In this document: positions 9,242 to 19,237 of the stretch, in pieces
How the letters are laid out: each line of letters begins with the position of its first letter
Position numbering within the stretch: position 1 is the first letter of the stretch
NCBI GenBank assembly: GCA_049890075.1
Contig: JBMHCE010000055.1
Span: 9,435 to 73,434 of the forward strand
Length of the DNA stretch: 64,000 nucleotides
Direction: 5' to 3'
DNA from: Chitinophagales bacterium
GTDB taxonomy: Bacteria; Bacteroidota; Bacteroidia; Chitinophagales; UBA8649
The notes under the pieces: model-generated
Database searches by the model: none
What the model was told of the DNA's origin: nothing
What the model saw: only the letters and a program-made list of their open reading frames with translations
Position numbers and translations under genes: made by a program

Positions 9242-10608
9242 TGCAAAAAAATCAACTACGACATAAAACTTGGCGCTCAGTAAAAGTTGCACTAGAGACT
9301 GTCTTTGTAAGTGCTGCTTGGGTTTTGTTTTTTCTCTACAGAAAGGTTACTATTGACGGCCTAACATTGCACGAGGGACTGTCATCACTCCATGACAACA
9401 ATCTATACATGGGTATTCTTGCTAATGGGCTGCTATGGATTACAGTCAGTTGGTTAACAGGCCGATACTATAAAGTGTTTGTAGAGGGCCGGCTGGCCAA
9501 AGCTTTGCACCTTCTGGCAGCTACCTTGTTTTCCAGCTTAGTTCTATATTTTATCTTGTTTATTGATGACGGCATTTCCACGCCGAAGGACTATTATCAG
9601 ATTCTCCTAGCCTATGCAATTCTTCAGTTAACTCTTGTAAGCTTAGCTGATGGAATCCACTTCGCACTCCTCAACTTGCAGTATTCAAAAGGAAGATATC
9701 ACACCATTATGCACGATATAGGAGGAGATCGTCAGGACAGTAACTCTAAGAGCCAACGAGGAATTCTCTACCGCAAGGCTACAAAAGACATTTTTGATAC
9801 GGTAGAAAAAGACGGTGAACGTCATGAGTCCACCAGTGAGGTATGGAGGGTTTTTGAGCCAATCGACCTCAAGTCAGTGAATGCCAAGCAAATCAATACG
9901 CTTGTGCAAAATAATATTGAGCTCCGACTTTACTATACATCAGGCCAAACCTACCCCTTTAGGCAGTCAATGGATTATGCGCTAGGAAAGTATTACTGCG
10001 CTCCACTCACGCCACAACTTAGTGGATGGCAACAGGCTAGCAAACGCGCGATGGATGTAATGCTAAGTTTTTTAGGGCTCATCGTAAGTTCCCCTCTCCT
10101 TCTACTGTGCGTTATAGGTATAAAGAGCACCTCAAAAGGACCTATTCTCTATTCGCAAGAACGTATTGGATTACACAAAAAACCATTTCGCATCTACAAG
10201 TTTCGCTCAATGATAGTCGATGCAGAAAAAGATGGTCCTCAGTTATCAAGTGAAAGAGATCACCGAATCACTTCTTGGGGTCAGCGCATGCGAAAGTGGA
10301 GGCTAGACGAACTACCCCAATTATGGAATGTACTAAAAGGCGATATGTCGTTAGTCGGCCCTAGACCCGAACGAGCATTTTTTGCAGAACAAATACAGCA
10401 TAAAGAAGCCCTGTATGGAAGAATCTACATCACCAAGCCTGGATTAACCTCGCTGGGCATGGTCAAGTTTGGGTATGCGCGAAATCTAGATGAGATTATG
10501 GAACGTATGCGCTATGACGTAATCTATTTAGATAATCAAAGCATCTTTTTTGATATCCAAATCCTTCTTTTCACTATCCGAACCATAGTCCTTGGGAAAG
10601 GAATTTGA
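9241..10608 (+). CDS. Polyprenyl-phosphate glycosylphosphotransferase (WcaJ/CpsE-like sugar transferase)
   Basis: N-terminal TM helices; KRAMD, YKFRSM, RLDELPQLWNVLKGDMSLVGPRPE, KPGLT. Confidence 0.92.
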   Translation: MQKNQLRHKTWRSVKVALETVFVSAAWVLFFLYRKVTIDGLTLHEGLSSLHDNNLYMGILANGLLWITVSWLTGRYYKVFVEGRLAKALHLLAATLFSSLVLYFILFIDDGISTPKDYYQILLAYAILQLTLVSLADGIHFALLNLQYSKGRYHTIMHDIGGDRQDSNSKSQRGILYRKATKDIFDTVEKDGERHESTSEVWRVFEPIDLKSVNAKQINTLVQNNIELRLYYTSGQTYPFRQSMDYALGKYYCAPLTPQLSGWQQASKRAMDVMLSFLGLIVSSPLLLLCVIGIKSTSKGPILYSQERIGLHKKPFRIYKFRSMIVDAEKDGPQLSSERDHRITSWGQRMRKWRLDELPQLWNVLKGDMSLVGPRPERAFFAEQIQHKEALYGRIYITKPGLTSLGMVKFGYARNLDEIMERMRYDVIYLDNQSIFFDIQILLFTIRTIVLGKGI

Positions 10609-10735
10609 CAATTCGGCATGTTTTTTGTATATTCCGACACCGAATGTATCAGCGTTCTGAACACATATCGACAATTTTTTTTCTTTTAGCGCATTCCATT
10701 TTTTTGCGCTTCTAACCAAATCATCGTAATTCAGC

Positions 10736-11008
10736 ATGGCAAGACCTAGCACACGTGAAAAGCGTCTTAAAGACGGATATTATATCGAAGTAAGAAACAA
10801 CGGAGGAGAGCGAGGAATCAAAATCCGAAGAGAATCAAAGGACCAAATTGATAGCGCTATGGAAGAATATAAGCGCACAAAAGAAGTGGCCTACCTCGGT
10901 CTCGTCAAAAACGGTAAGTTTATCGAAGGCCCCAATGCTGTGGTGAAGAAAAGCAGAGCAAAATCCACCGCTAGGAAGAAGAAAAAGACGACAAAAAGTA
11001 AAGCGTAA
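10736..11008 (+). CDS. Small basic hypothetical protein with Lys-rich tail
   Basis: 90-aa ORF MARPSTREKRLKDGYYIEVRN...; tail KKSRAKSTARKKKKTTKSKA. Confidence 0.75.
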   Translation: MARPSTREKRLKDGYYIEVRNNGGERGIKIRRESKDQIDSAMEEYKRTKEVAYLGLVKNGKFIEGPNAVVKKSRAKSTARKKKKTTKSKA

Positions 11009-11020
11009 CGATTTACTTCA

Positions 11021-11839
11021 CTAGCTCTCCGAGCTATCACCTAGACTTTCTATAAAGGATTCAGTCATTCCAACAGAAGAGAATCCTCCGTCGTGAAAGA
11101 GATTTTGCATCGTGATCTTACGAGTATAGTCAGAGAACATGGCGAGGCAGAAGTCTGCACAACTCTCTGCATCAGCATTACCTAATGGGCTAAGCTTATC
11201 GGCAAAATCGAAGAAGGCGTCAAAGCCACTAACTCCATTTCCTGCTGTTGTCATCGTAGGACTTTGAGAAATGGTATTCACACGAACGCCATTTTTAGTA
11301 CCCCAGTAGTAACCAAAGGAACGAGCAATGGATTCGAGCATAGCCTTAGCTTGAGCCATATCACCATACCCCGGGAATGAACGCTGTGCCGCAATGTAGG
11401 ATAGTCCTAGAATCGATCCCATTGGGTTTACCATATCGCGCTGATAAGCCACCTGCATAACCTTGTGAAAACTAATCGCAGAGATATCGAGTGACTTCTG
11501 CATCCAACCGTAGTTTAGATCCGTGTAGGCCTTTCCTTTGCGCACGTTGGGCGACATACCAATACTGTGAAGGATGAAATCTACCTTGCCATATCGCTCT
11601 GCCGCCTTATCAAAGAGACCGTTTAAGTCCTCTATGCTTGTAGCGTCCGCAGGAACGACCTCAGTATCACACTGTTCCGCCAAGTCCTGAATCTTTCCCA
11701 TACGCAAAGCAACTGGAACATTAGTCAACAGAAAATCTGCTCCTTCAGCTTTTGCCTTTAAGGCTACTTTCCAGGCGATACTTTGATCATCTAATGCTCC
11801 GAAAATTATTCCTTTTTTTCCTTCGAGTATACCGGCCAT
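11021..11839 (-). CDS. fabI: Enoyl-ACP reductase
   Basis: GKKGIIFGALDDQSIAW, LHSIGMS, YxxMxxAKAMLES; Bacteroidota FabI signature. Confidence 0.92.
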   Translation of the reverse strand: MAGILEGKKGIIFGALDDQSIAWKVALKAKAEGADFLLTNVPVALRMGKIQDLAEQCDTEVVPADATSIEDLNGLFDKAAERYGKVDFILHSIGMSPNVRKGKAYTDLNYGWMQKSLDISAISFHKVMQVAYQRDMVNPMGSILGLSYIAAQRSFPGYGDMAQAKAMLESIARSFGYYWGTKNGVRVNTISQSPTMTTAGNGVSGFDAFFDFADKLSPLGNADAESCADFCLAMFSDYTRKITMQNLFHDGGFSSVGMTESFIESLGDSSES

Positions 11840-11874
11840 TGTTGTTTTCTTTTATTGGTTCGAAGGTAGGCATT

Positions 11875-13008
11875 TTAGCTCAATAACTGATGCACTGCAT
11901 CATGAGCGGCTTTTGGCGCAATAGCAACTCCCATTCCACCCATCCTTCCAACGGTGTAGACATTATCGTCAAGGTGCTTCCTTAATAACTCCTTGCGCTG
12001 ATTTTTAGTGAAGGCCATTACCCCTGCCCAATGCTCAGCAATAGAAATCCGTTTGCCTGGACAAATGTGGGTGGCAAGATAGTGTTCCAAATAGAGCTTG
12101 ACTTCATCTGTTCCAAGCGGCATTAATGTCTCTTCTTGCTCGCGAAAAGCATCTCGTCCCCCACCCAAAAGAATGCGATCACCCAGTGTTCGGAAATACA
12201 TATATCCCTCACGGGCATGATAGGTACCTTGAGGCAATCCATGATCAAAAGGTTTGGTAAGAACCACCTGGCCTCTACCTGGTACAGTGTTTTCACTTAA
12301 CTGACTCAATCCAGCATTGCTTGCCAATAAAACAAACCTTGATATGATCCAGCCAGAAGCCGTAGGAATATGCCAGACACCCTTCTTCTTAGTCCACTGA
12401 TCTAAAGGGGGAATAACTATTCCGTTAAGTAATGCGATGGGTTTATTCTGTAAGCTTTTTAGAAGACAGGAGTGCAATTTTCCGGGATGCAGACCCGCTT
12501 CGCCGGCAATACCAATTCCATAACACAGAGAGTCATTGATCCCGTGTGAAGGAAAGAAAATTTCTTTACGTCCAATATGGCTTTCTAGCTCGCCATTTAA
12601 GCGAGAGAGCTTATCCATTGTTTTCTCAAATATGGCACGCTCTGAACTATGAAAAACCTCTAATCCCCCATCAGGAGTATAATCAAAATCCCCTGCCTTA
12701 AACATCTCAAGCCACATCTGAATTCCTTCATATCGGAGTTTGACCCGAGCCAAAGCTTGCTCAGTACCCTCGTGCTCGATGTCAGACAGAATCTCTGTTG
12801 GGCTCCCAAAGCATGCAAACCCTGCATTTCGAGTGCTGGCCATACTTTGACCAGAGGGATGTTGGTCGACTACGGTAACCCGCAATGATGAGTCCTTTAG
12901 ACTCGCAAAGTGAGCTGAGCATAACCCAGTGAAGCCTCCTCCAACAACAAGTAAATCTGACGTTGACAGCACACGATTCGTCTCCCAATACGAAGATTGT
13001 ATTGACAT
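11875..13008 (-). CDS. FAD-dependent oxidoreductase (DAO/DadA family)
   Basis: VVGGGFTG, ASTRNAGFACFGS, GGMGVAI. Confidence 0.88.
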   Translation of the reverse strand: MSIQSSYWETNRVLSTSDLLVVGGGFTGLCSAHFASLKDSSLRVTVVDQHPSGQSMASTRNAGFACFGSPTEILSDIEHEGTEQALARVKLRYEGIQMWLEMFKAGDFDYTPDGGLEVFHSSERAIFEKTMDKLSRLNGELESHIGRKEIFFPSHGINDSLCYGIGIAGEAGLHPGKLHSCLLKSLQNKPIALLNGIVIPPLDQWTKKKGVWHIPTASGWIISRFVLLASNAGLSQLSENTVPGRGQVVLTKPFDHGLPQGTYHAREGYMYFRTLGDRILLGGGRDAFREQEETLMPLGTDEVKLYLEHYLATHICPGKRISIAEHWAGVMAFTKNQRKELLRKHLDDNVYTVGRMGGMGVAIAPKAAHDAVHQLLS

Positions 13009-13012
13009 AGGC

Positions 13013-14674
13013 CTATTGTTTTGCTCCTTGAGAAAGTAGCGATTCAGCTACCTCGAGAACTTTTTTATCATGATGGTCCCCGATTAAAGCAGCCACAGCT
13101 GATGTCCGGGCTTCTCCTTCGACAGCTTCAATTGTCGTCCAAGTGTTCTCGTCGTCCATAGCCTTTTCTACAAGATAATGTCGGTTTGCCCGTGCCGCAA
13201 TTACGGGTAAGTGAGTAATTGTAATGACTTGCTGATGCTGGGCAATACCGAGTAATTCTAACCCGATTTGATCAGCTACCTTTCCCGAAACTCCCGTATC
13301 GATTTCATCAAAAATCAGGGTGCTCAATCCGAGGGCTTTACCTAAAATGGAACGCACAGCAAGCATAAATCGCGATCGTTCACCACCTGAGGCTACCTGC
13401 TCTATGGGCTTTACCTCAAATCCCGGGTTGGCTGAAAAAAGCCAGGAAAAGACATCTTTTCCAAAAGGCCCGAAGTCCTCCTTTTCTTCTAGCCCAAACA
13501 CCACCCTAGCCTTCGGCATAGATAAGGTCTTCAATCGAGACATCAGTGCTTCAGAACGAACAGCAGATGCCTTGACCCGTCCCTCATGAATAATCTTAGC
13601 CAAAGCATCCATAGAAAGTCGCAAGTCTCCAATCTGATCAGAATACTTCTTGATGTTTATCTCAAAAAGTCCTTGATTGTGTATTTCCTCTTCCCATGAG
13701 GTGACGAGTTTCCTTAACGCTTCAATATCTGAACACTGGTATTTCTTGAGAAAGCGATAGCTAGTATCTAGTGCAAGGGATACTTTTTCATATTCCTCCT
13801 GACTAAACTGATACGAATCAGCAAGATCTTCTAACGTCGAGGCACAGTCCTGAATCTCTATCTGAGATGAACGAAGTCTTGCCACCAGGGACGAAAGTTC
13901 CTCGTCATGTTGCGAGACTGAATCCAACTGATTTATTACCTGAGATAATTGTTGCGTTATTGAAGCATCAGCACCTTCGAGCATGCTACTAACCGCATTG
14001 GTAACGCCGTGTAGAACCTCGGCATTCGAAAGAACGTTGAATCTCGCTTCTAGTTCACTTAGATTTTCATCAAGTATTCCACTTTCATGAATCGATGCTA
14101 GGTCCCGTTGACGACTTTCCAAGAGCTCTTCCAAAGTGTCTCGTTGGTTGAGCAAATCCTCTAAGGCCATGGTTAGTTCAACATATTCTGTATACTGAGT
14201 ATGATACGCTTTCACCTCGCTTTCATGAGGAAATCCAAGATCCACCATTTCACGCTGTAACTTCGGATCGAAAAGAGACAAGGTTTCGTGCTGACCATGG
14301 ACATGAACAAAGGACTTACCAAGGTTTTGCATTTCTTTAAGGCCAACCGGAGTATCATTGATAAAACTCCTAGACCGTCCATTTGCCGTTACCTCTCTTC
14401 GTAAGATGGTCTCAGGATAATAATCCAAATCCCGTGATAAGAACCAAGGCTCAAGAGAATTCGGTAAATCAAGTTCTAACTCGATTACGCACTTACTGCT
14501 TCCTTTTCTCACGTCATCTTTATCAGCTCGAGCACCGGTTACAAGTGCCAAAGCTCTCAACATAATGGATTTACCTGAGCCAGTCTCCCCAGTAATGACG
14601 TTCATCCCAGCATGGAACTCAAGCCTTGCGGAATGTATTAATCTGAATTGATCGATCGATAAAGCCTTTATCAT
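13013..14674 (-). CDS. recN: DNA repair protein RecN
   Basis: ITGETGSGKS Walker A, ASGGERSR, IFDEIDTGVSG, ITHLP. Confidence 0.96.
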   Translation of the reverse strand: MIKALSIDQFRLIHSARLEFHAGMNVITGETGSGKSIMLRALALVTGARADKDDVRKGSSKCVIELELDLPNSLEPWFLSRDLDYYPETILRREVTANGRSRSFINDTPVGLKEMQNLGKSFVHVHGQHETLSLFDPKLQREMVDLGFPHESEVKAYHTQYTEYVELTMALEDLLNQRDTLEELLESRQRDLASIHESGILDENLSELEARFNVLSNAEVLHGVTNAVSSMLEGADASITQQLSQVINQLDSVSQHDEELSSLVARLRSSQIEIQDCASTLEDLADSYQFSQEEYEKVSLALDTSYRFLKKYQCSDIEALRKLVTSWEEEIHNQGLFEINIKKYSDQIGDLRLSMDALAKIIHEGRVKASAVRSEALMSRLKTLSMPKARVVFGLEEKEDFGPFGKDVFSWLFSANPGFEVKPIEQVASGGERSRFMLAVRSILGKALGLSTLIFDEIDTGVSGKVADQIGLELLGIAQHQQVITITHLPVIAARANRHYLVEKAMDDENTWTTIEAVEGEARTSAVAALIGDHHDKKVLEVAESLLSQGAKQ

Positions 14675-14686
14675 AGAAAGACTGGT

Positions 14687-15604
14687 TTACTTAAAACGAC
14701 TTCTGTACTCCTCAATGTTATTGGGATCAATAGTTACGAGGGCGCCAAGAGCGGCTGACTTGATATCTGTCGTTTCCTCTGAAAAGAGATTTAACCATTC
14801 CAACTTTTTTGTATCCGACAGTAATTGCATAATGGGCAAATTAGGTGCATCCTCGCCCACCTTTGAAAAGCTTGCCATTCCATTTAATACAGAGAGCATC
14901 GCGGTATCCTTTGACTCAATCATCCGATCTAATCCTAGGCGATGATAGGTATAATTGCCTTCTCTGAAAGGCTCATAACGACTATTTAATACGTTATTGA
15001 TAAGCCAATAGCGGTTTTGGTTATTATTATCAAACGATCGCCAACCCGAGAATCCAGAAGTCGAAGGAACATTGTTTACTAATTCTTGCGCCTTTTGAAA
15101 GTATACTTCGCCACCATTTTTCGCATAGCTATCATAGTCCATTCCCAAGATGAAGTATACATAGAAAGCCAGAGTATGCGTAAGGTTATTGATAAACTGA
15201 TTTTCATTGAAATCCAGAGGATCAAACTGCTTGTAGGTAAAGATTAAATCCTTGTCAAAGCGATTGATAAGAGTTGAGTTATAGCTCGTATTGTAGACCG
15301 GTCGGTTCGCGATAACCGTCAGCGAAGCACCGTATGAATTGTTCCCTTTTTCTTCAAGAATATTGATAAAAAAACTGCATTCAATTTTCTCGAAATCTTC
15401 AAAATTGTCGCTAGACCATTTCCTCTCATTAAGAAAGGATGAAACCGCCTGTTGTAGCTCTTGAAAGACTTGAGGATCCACGTTAGTTGCAGCCTGCGCG
15501 TTAATCTCTACCGTAGCACGTAACTCTTGAGCGACGAGGGCGGAAGGCAACATGGCACCCCAAACAATCGCGCAGAACATTACTATGCTAAGTTTCCTTC
15601 TCAT
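14687..15604 (-). CDS. porD: DUF4835 family / T9SS-associated protein PorD
   Basis: Signal peptide ...AQEL; RPVYNTSY, AFYVYFILGMDYDS, YHRLGLD; usual position between coaBC and recN; start set at ATG 15604. Confidence 0.85.
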   Translation of the reverse strand: MRRKLSIVMFCAIVWGAMLPSALVAQELRATVEINAQAATNVDPQVFQELQQAVSSFLNERKWSSDNFEDFEKIECSFFINILEEKGNNSYGASLTVIANRPVYNTSYNSTLINRFDKDLIFTYKQFDPLDFNENQFINNLTHTLAFYVYFILGMDYDSYAKNGGEVYFQKAQELVNNVPSTSGFSGWRSFDNNNQNRYWLINNVLNSRYEPFREGNYTYHRLGLDRMIESKDTAMLSVLNGMASFSKVGEDAPNLPIMQLLSDTKKLEWLNLFSEETTDIKSAALGALVTIDPNNIEEYRSRFK

Positions 15605-15611
15605 ATAGCTG

Positions 15612-16250
15612 TTAACGCAAAAAAGGTTGAATGATTTCACAAATATCATGAGCAACTTCGCTTTTGGGCTTTACTCCGAAGGTAGTAACATTCTGATCGT
15701 GATCAATCACAGTTACTTTATTGGTATCCACATTAAATCCTGCCCCTTTATCCGCAAGTGAATTCAACACGATATAATCAAGGTTTTTGCGAACAAGTTT
15801 ATCCATGGCATAGGCCAAAGCATTATCCGTTTCCAATGCAAAGCCTACTAACCACTGATCCGCTTTTTTATCCCTACCCATCGCAGCAAGAATATCTAAT
15901 GTCGGCATTAACTCAATAGTCAACCTGGCCTCTTGTTTTTTGATTTTGTGGTCAGCTACCATTTTTGGTGTGTAATCTGCTACGGCCGCCGCTTTTATGG
16001 CACCATCAACATTTGGCCAAATCGCCATTACCCTATCATACATCTCCTGTGCGGACTCGACTCGATGAAAGACTAGACCCTCTGGAATATCCAACGAAGA
16101 TGGGCCAGATACCAACGTTACTTCGTGACCAAGAGCTACCAACCGACGAGCAATAGCATAACCCATTTTCCCTGAGCTCCTGTTCCCTATAAAACGAACA
16201 GCATCTATACGTTCATGAGTAGGACCAGCTGTAACAAGAATTCGTGCCAC
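15612..16250 (-). CDS. coaB: Phosphopantothenate--cysteine ligase (CoaB half, separate ORF)
   Basis: ILVTAGPTHERIDAVRFIGNRSSGKMG, AAAVADY, VGFALET; GTG start. Confidence 0.9.
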   Translation of the reverse strand: MARILVTAGPTHERIDAVRFIGNRSSGKMGYAIARRLVALGHEVTLVSGPSSLDIPEGLVFHRVESAQEMYDRVMAIWPNVDGAIKAAAVADYTPKMVADHKIKKQEARLTIELMPTLDILAAMGRDKKADQWLVGFALETDNALAYAMDKLVRKNLDYIVLNSLADKGAGFNVDTNKVTVIDHDQNVTTFGVKPKSEVAHDICEIIQPFLR

Positions 16251-16252
16251 GT

Positions 16253-16819
16253 TTAGGAAGCTTGTGTGGATTGACCTAAAACGTCCTCAGCAAATGCAGT
16301 GATAATCTCAGCATCAGGCAGTCGACCTTGGCCCTCTAATCCACTCGCTAAGAATCCCGTAGCAGGCTCCAATACATGAACGCCATCTTGCACTAACTGG
16401 GCAATGTTGCGTTGTACAGAAGCATGCTTCCACATATCCAAATCCATGGCAGGAGCTACAATCACTGGACAGGTTGACGACAGATAAAGCGCGTAAAGCA
16501 TCTCATCACATAATCCATTGGCCAATTTTGCAATGCAATTCGCAGAGGCCGGTGCAATCAATAATAAATCTGAATTTTTGGCCAATTGTACATGATTGTG
16601 CCATGTGCCTTGGTCATCCCACATGCTTTGAAGGACGGAATTACCCGATACAGTAGATAGGGTTAATGGTGTGGTGAATCTTGCTCCTCCTGAAGTTAAC
16701 ACGACTTGAACGTCGTAGTCCTTCTGTTTAAAACTACGGACAATACTTGGTGTCTTGTACGCGGCAATACTGCCGGTTACACCAAAAAGAATTTTTTTAT
16801 TGCTCGCCTTGCTCGTCAT
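16253..16819 (-). CDS. coaC: Phosphopantothenoylcysteine decarboxylase (CoaC half, separate ORF)
   Basis: GVTGSIAAYK, APASAN, APAMDLDMW, GxGRL; TAA stop at 16253-16255. Confidence 0.88.
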   Translation of the reverse strand: MTSKASNKKILFGVTGSIAAYKTPSIVRSFKQKDYDVQVVLTSGGARFTTPLTLSTVSGNSVLQSMWDDQGTWHNHVQLAKNSDLLLIAPASANCIAKLANGLCDEMLYALYLSSTCPVIVAPAMDLDMWKHASVQRNIAQLVQDGVHVLEPATGFLASGLEGQGRLPDAEIITAFAEDVLGQSTQAS

Positions 16820-17162
16820 GACTAGCTTCGCTGCTTTCCTCGCGCTCGCGATAGAAAAGCTCGTCACGCTTAAATTCTTCTAGGGCTAGAATCGTAGGAT
16901 GAGAAAGCTTTTCATAATACTTTGAAATCTCAATCTGCTCCCGGTTCTCTACAATTTCCTCTAGCACTTCAGACGTTACAGCAAACTCTTCGAGCTTACT
17001 ATTTAGTTCTTGTTTCAGGTCAATTGATATTTGATTTGACCGACTAGCTATTACTGCTAAAGAACGATATAGGTTACCCGATTGCATTTGAAGCTTGTTC
17101 AAATCCTGCGGTTGAGAGCTTTCCGGCGCCTCTAAGCCTTTAAACTTGCGAATTTTTTCCAT
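16797..17162 (-). CDS. rpoZ: RNA polymerase omega subunit (Bacteroidota type)
   Basis: GNLY..RSNQI..KLEEFA..ENREQIEISKYYEKL; located between bamD and coaBC. Confidence 0.88.
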   Translation of the reverse strand: MEKIRKFKGLEAPESSQPQDLNKLQMQSGNLYRSLAVIASRSNQISIDLKQELNSKLEEFAVTSEVLEEIVENREQIEISKYYEKLSHPTILALEEFKRDELFYREREESSEASHDEQGEQ

Positions 17163-17182
17163 GCTATGATGTTATGTTTCGT

Positions 17183-18316
17183 CTAGAAACGGTCGATGAA
17201 GGTACGAGAATAATCTCGAATTTTTTGGACTTCACGCGCATTTTTGCTTGAAGCGAAGGATTCCAAGTATTTATTGCTGATATTCACCAGGTCTGTGTGC
17301 CATCGATACTGCTGATTTTCTTCACTCGACAAGGCTAACTCATAATGCGTTTGCACGCTGATGTAGGCTGCTCTCTCCAACAACTCTTGTCGCTGAAATT
17401 CATAAGACTCATTACCATCCATCCAAGCCGCTTTCTCCAAGGATTGAATCGCCTCATTCACCGCAGGAATTCGCTCATCAATTGGTCTTGTGTAAATCAT
17501 ATTCACGGAGGCGGAAAGAACTCCCAACTCAGACTTAACAATAAATTCGTCACAAGTGGCAAACTTAGGATGTTCAGGATAGAGTGCCTGTACGAGCTTT
17601 AGTTTGTCGATGGCAATCTTGTAGCGTTCCCCTTGTTTATCAATAAAGCTGCGCTCTGCATATTTAAAGTATGACATGGCCGCCAAGAAATATAAATCAG
17701 AAGGATTTTCAATATCAGGAAACTCTAAAAACAGGTTCTCGTAAGCAATGGCAGCCGCTCTAAAATCTCGGGTTCTGTAATATAGGTTTGCTGCCTCTAA
17801 TGCCTTGCGCTCCAACTTATCACGCAATAAATCAATTCGATTATTGCATAACTCAACACGCTCACTTGTCGGATAAATATTGATGAAGTTCTGATAAGCC
17901 TGCAAAGCCTCGTAGGTCGGCGTTTGATCTAAAGACCATTTAGGACTTTGAGCATAGTAAGATTCAGCATGCATAAAGAGACTTTCTTCAGCAAAATCAC
18001 TTAACCCATGTTGATCATACAATCTTTTAAAATGGAAACCCGCCATGATTGCGTTATCCATTTCATACTGTGCCTTAGCATAATAGAAGTAGATTTCTGC
18101 ACGCTTATCTGTTCCTCGGTAGATGGGCAACAACTCTTCAAACAAGGGAATAGCCTTGAAATATTGTCCCTTACCATAATAGGTCATGGCTAATGCTAAC
18201 TTATCCTCAGGGGATTTGCTTTCCAATGACTTTTTGGACAAAGCACAGGAAGAAGCTAACGTAAGAAGCACTAGGAAAATCAAAGTAAGCTTCGACAGAA
18301 AGGGGCGATATGTCAT
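17183..18316 (-). CDS. bamD: Outer membrane protein assembly factor BamD lipoprotein
   Basis: Lipobox LASSC, TPR helices, SPKWSLDQTPT..ALQAYQNFINIYP. Confidence 0.9.
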   Translation of the reverse strand: MTYRPFLSKLTLIFLVLLTLASSCALSKKSLESKSPEDKLALAMTYYGKGQYFKAIPLFEELLPIYRGTDKRAEIYFYYAKAQYEMDNAIMAGFHFKRLYDQHGLSDFAEESLFMHAESYYAQSPKWSLDQTPTYEALQAYQNFINIYPTSERVELCNNRIDLLRDKLERKALEAANLYYRTRDFRAAAIAYENLFLEFPDIENPSDLYFLAAMSYFKYAERSFIDKQGERYKIAIDKLKLVQALYPEHPKFATCDEFIVKSELGVLSASVNMIYTRPIDERIPAVNEAIQSLEKAAWMDGNESYEFQRQELLERAAYISVQTHYELALSSEENQQYRWHTDLVNISNKYLESFASSKNAREVQKIRDYSRTFIDRF

Positions 18317-18321
18317 ATTGT

Positions 18322-19227
18322 TTACAGTTCCCACTCGGCAATAATACGGAGAGCGTTTTGAATCTCAATTTGATTTTTCTCACTCACTGGAATCAGCGGC
18401 AGTCTGAGATGACCTTCAATTAGGCCCATAGATTCAAGCGCACACTTGATTCCGCCAGGATTGTTTTCCTCAAAGAGGGCCTCAAAAAATGGGTTGAGAA
18501 TAACCTGAAGCTTTTGCGCTTCGTTGAGATCATAGTTGAGTGCCGCGCGGACTAAATGAGCAAAGGATTTTGGGAAAGCATTTGCAGTAACCGATATAAC
18601 TCCTGTAGCACCTAACGCAATCAAAGGCAAGGTGAGGAAATCATCTCCAGAAACTAGGGCAAAATCATCCGGGGCCTGAGCGATAATACGCATAGCTTGA
18701 GATAAGTCACCCGATGCCTCTTTGATTCCGATGATATTTTTTGATGCAGCAGCCAATCGAAGCACAGTGGCCGAATCCATGGATTGTGCCGTACGAGAAG
18801 GAACGTTATATAAGATAACTGGCTTAGGACTTGCCTCCGCTATTGCCATGTAATGACGAAAGATTCCTTCTTGTGTCGGCTTATTATAATGTGGGCTACT
18901 CGACAGAAAACCAGCAACACCCTCCTGATCTAACAACGGAATTCGTTGAACTACCTCGTGCGTATTGTTACCACCTAGACCAGCAATTACCGGGATACGT
19001 CCTTTAGCAGCACTAATGACCTTATTGAGTACTACCTGCTGTTCCTCAAGGGATAAAGTAGCCGTTTCCCCTGTAGTACCTAGTGCAACTAGATAAGAGC
19101 ATCCTCCTCCAATACAATGACTCACTAACTGATCAAGCGCAGCGTAATCGACAAGCCCTTCCTTAGTAAATGGGGTGACTAGCGCCACACCCACTCCTCT
19201 TAAGTCATTGCTCGTAAATTGTGTCAT
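18322..19227 (-). CDS. dapA: 4-hydroxy-tetrahydrodipicolinate synthase
   Basis: GVALVTPF, LGTTGE, ILYNVPSRT, GIKEASG; start set at ATG 19227. Confidence 0.96.
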   Translation of the reverse strand: MTQFTSNDLRGVGVALVTPFTKEGLVDYAALDQLVSHCIGGGCSYLVALGTTGETATLSLEEQQVVLNKVISAAKGRIPVIAGLGGNNTHEVVQRIPLLDQEGVAGFLSSSPHYNKPTQEGIFRHYMAIAEASPKPVILYNVPSRTAQSMDSATVLRLAAASKNIIGIKEASGDLSQAMRIIAQAPDDFALVSGDDFLTLPLIALGATGVISVTANAFPKSFAHLVRAALNYDLNEAQKLQVILNPFFEALFEENNPGGIKCALESMGLIEGHLRLPLIPVSEKNQIEIQNALRIIAEWEL

Positions 19228-19237
19228 ACTATTTATT

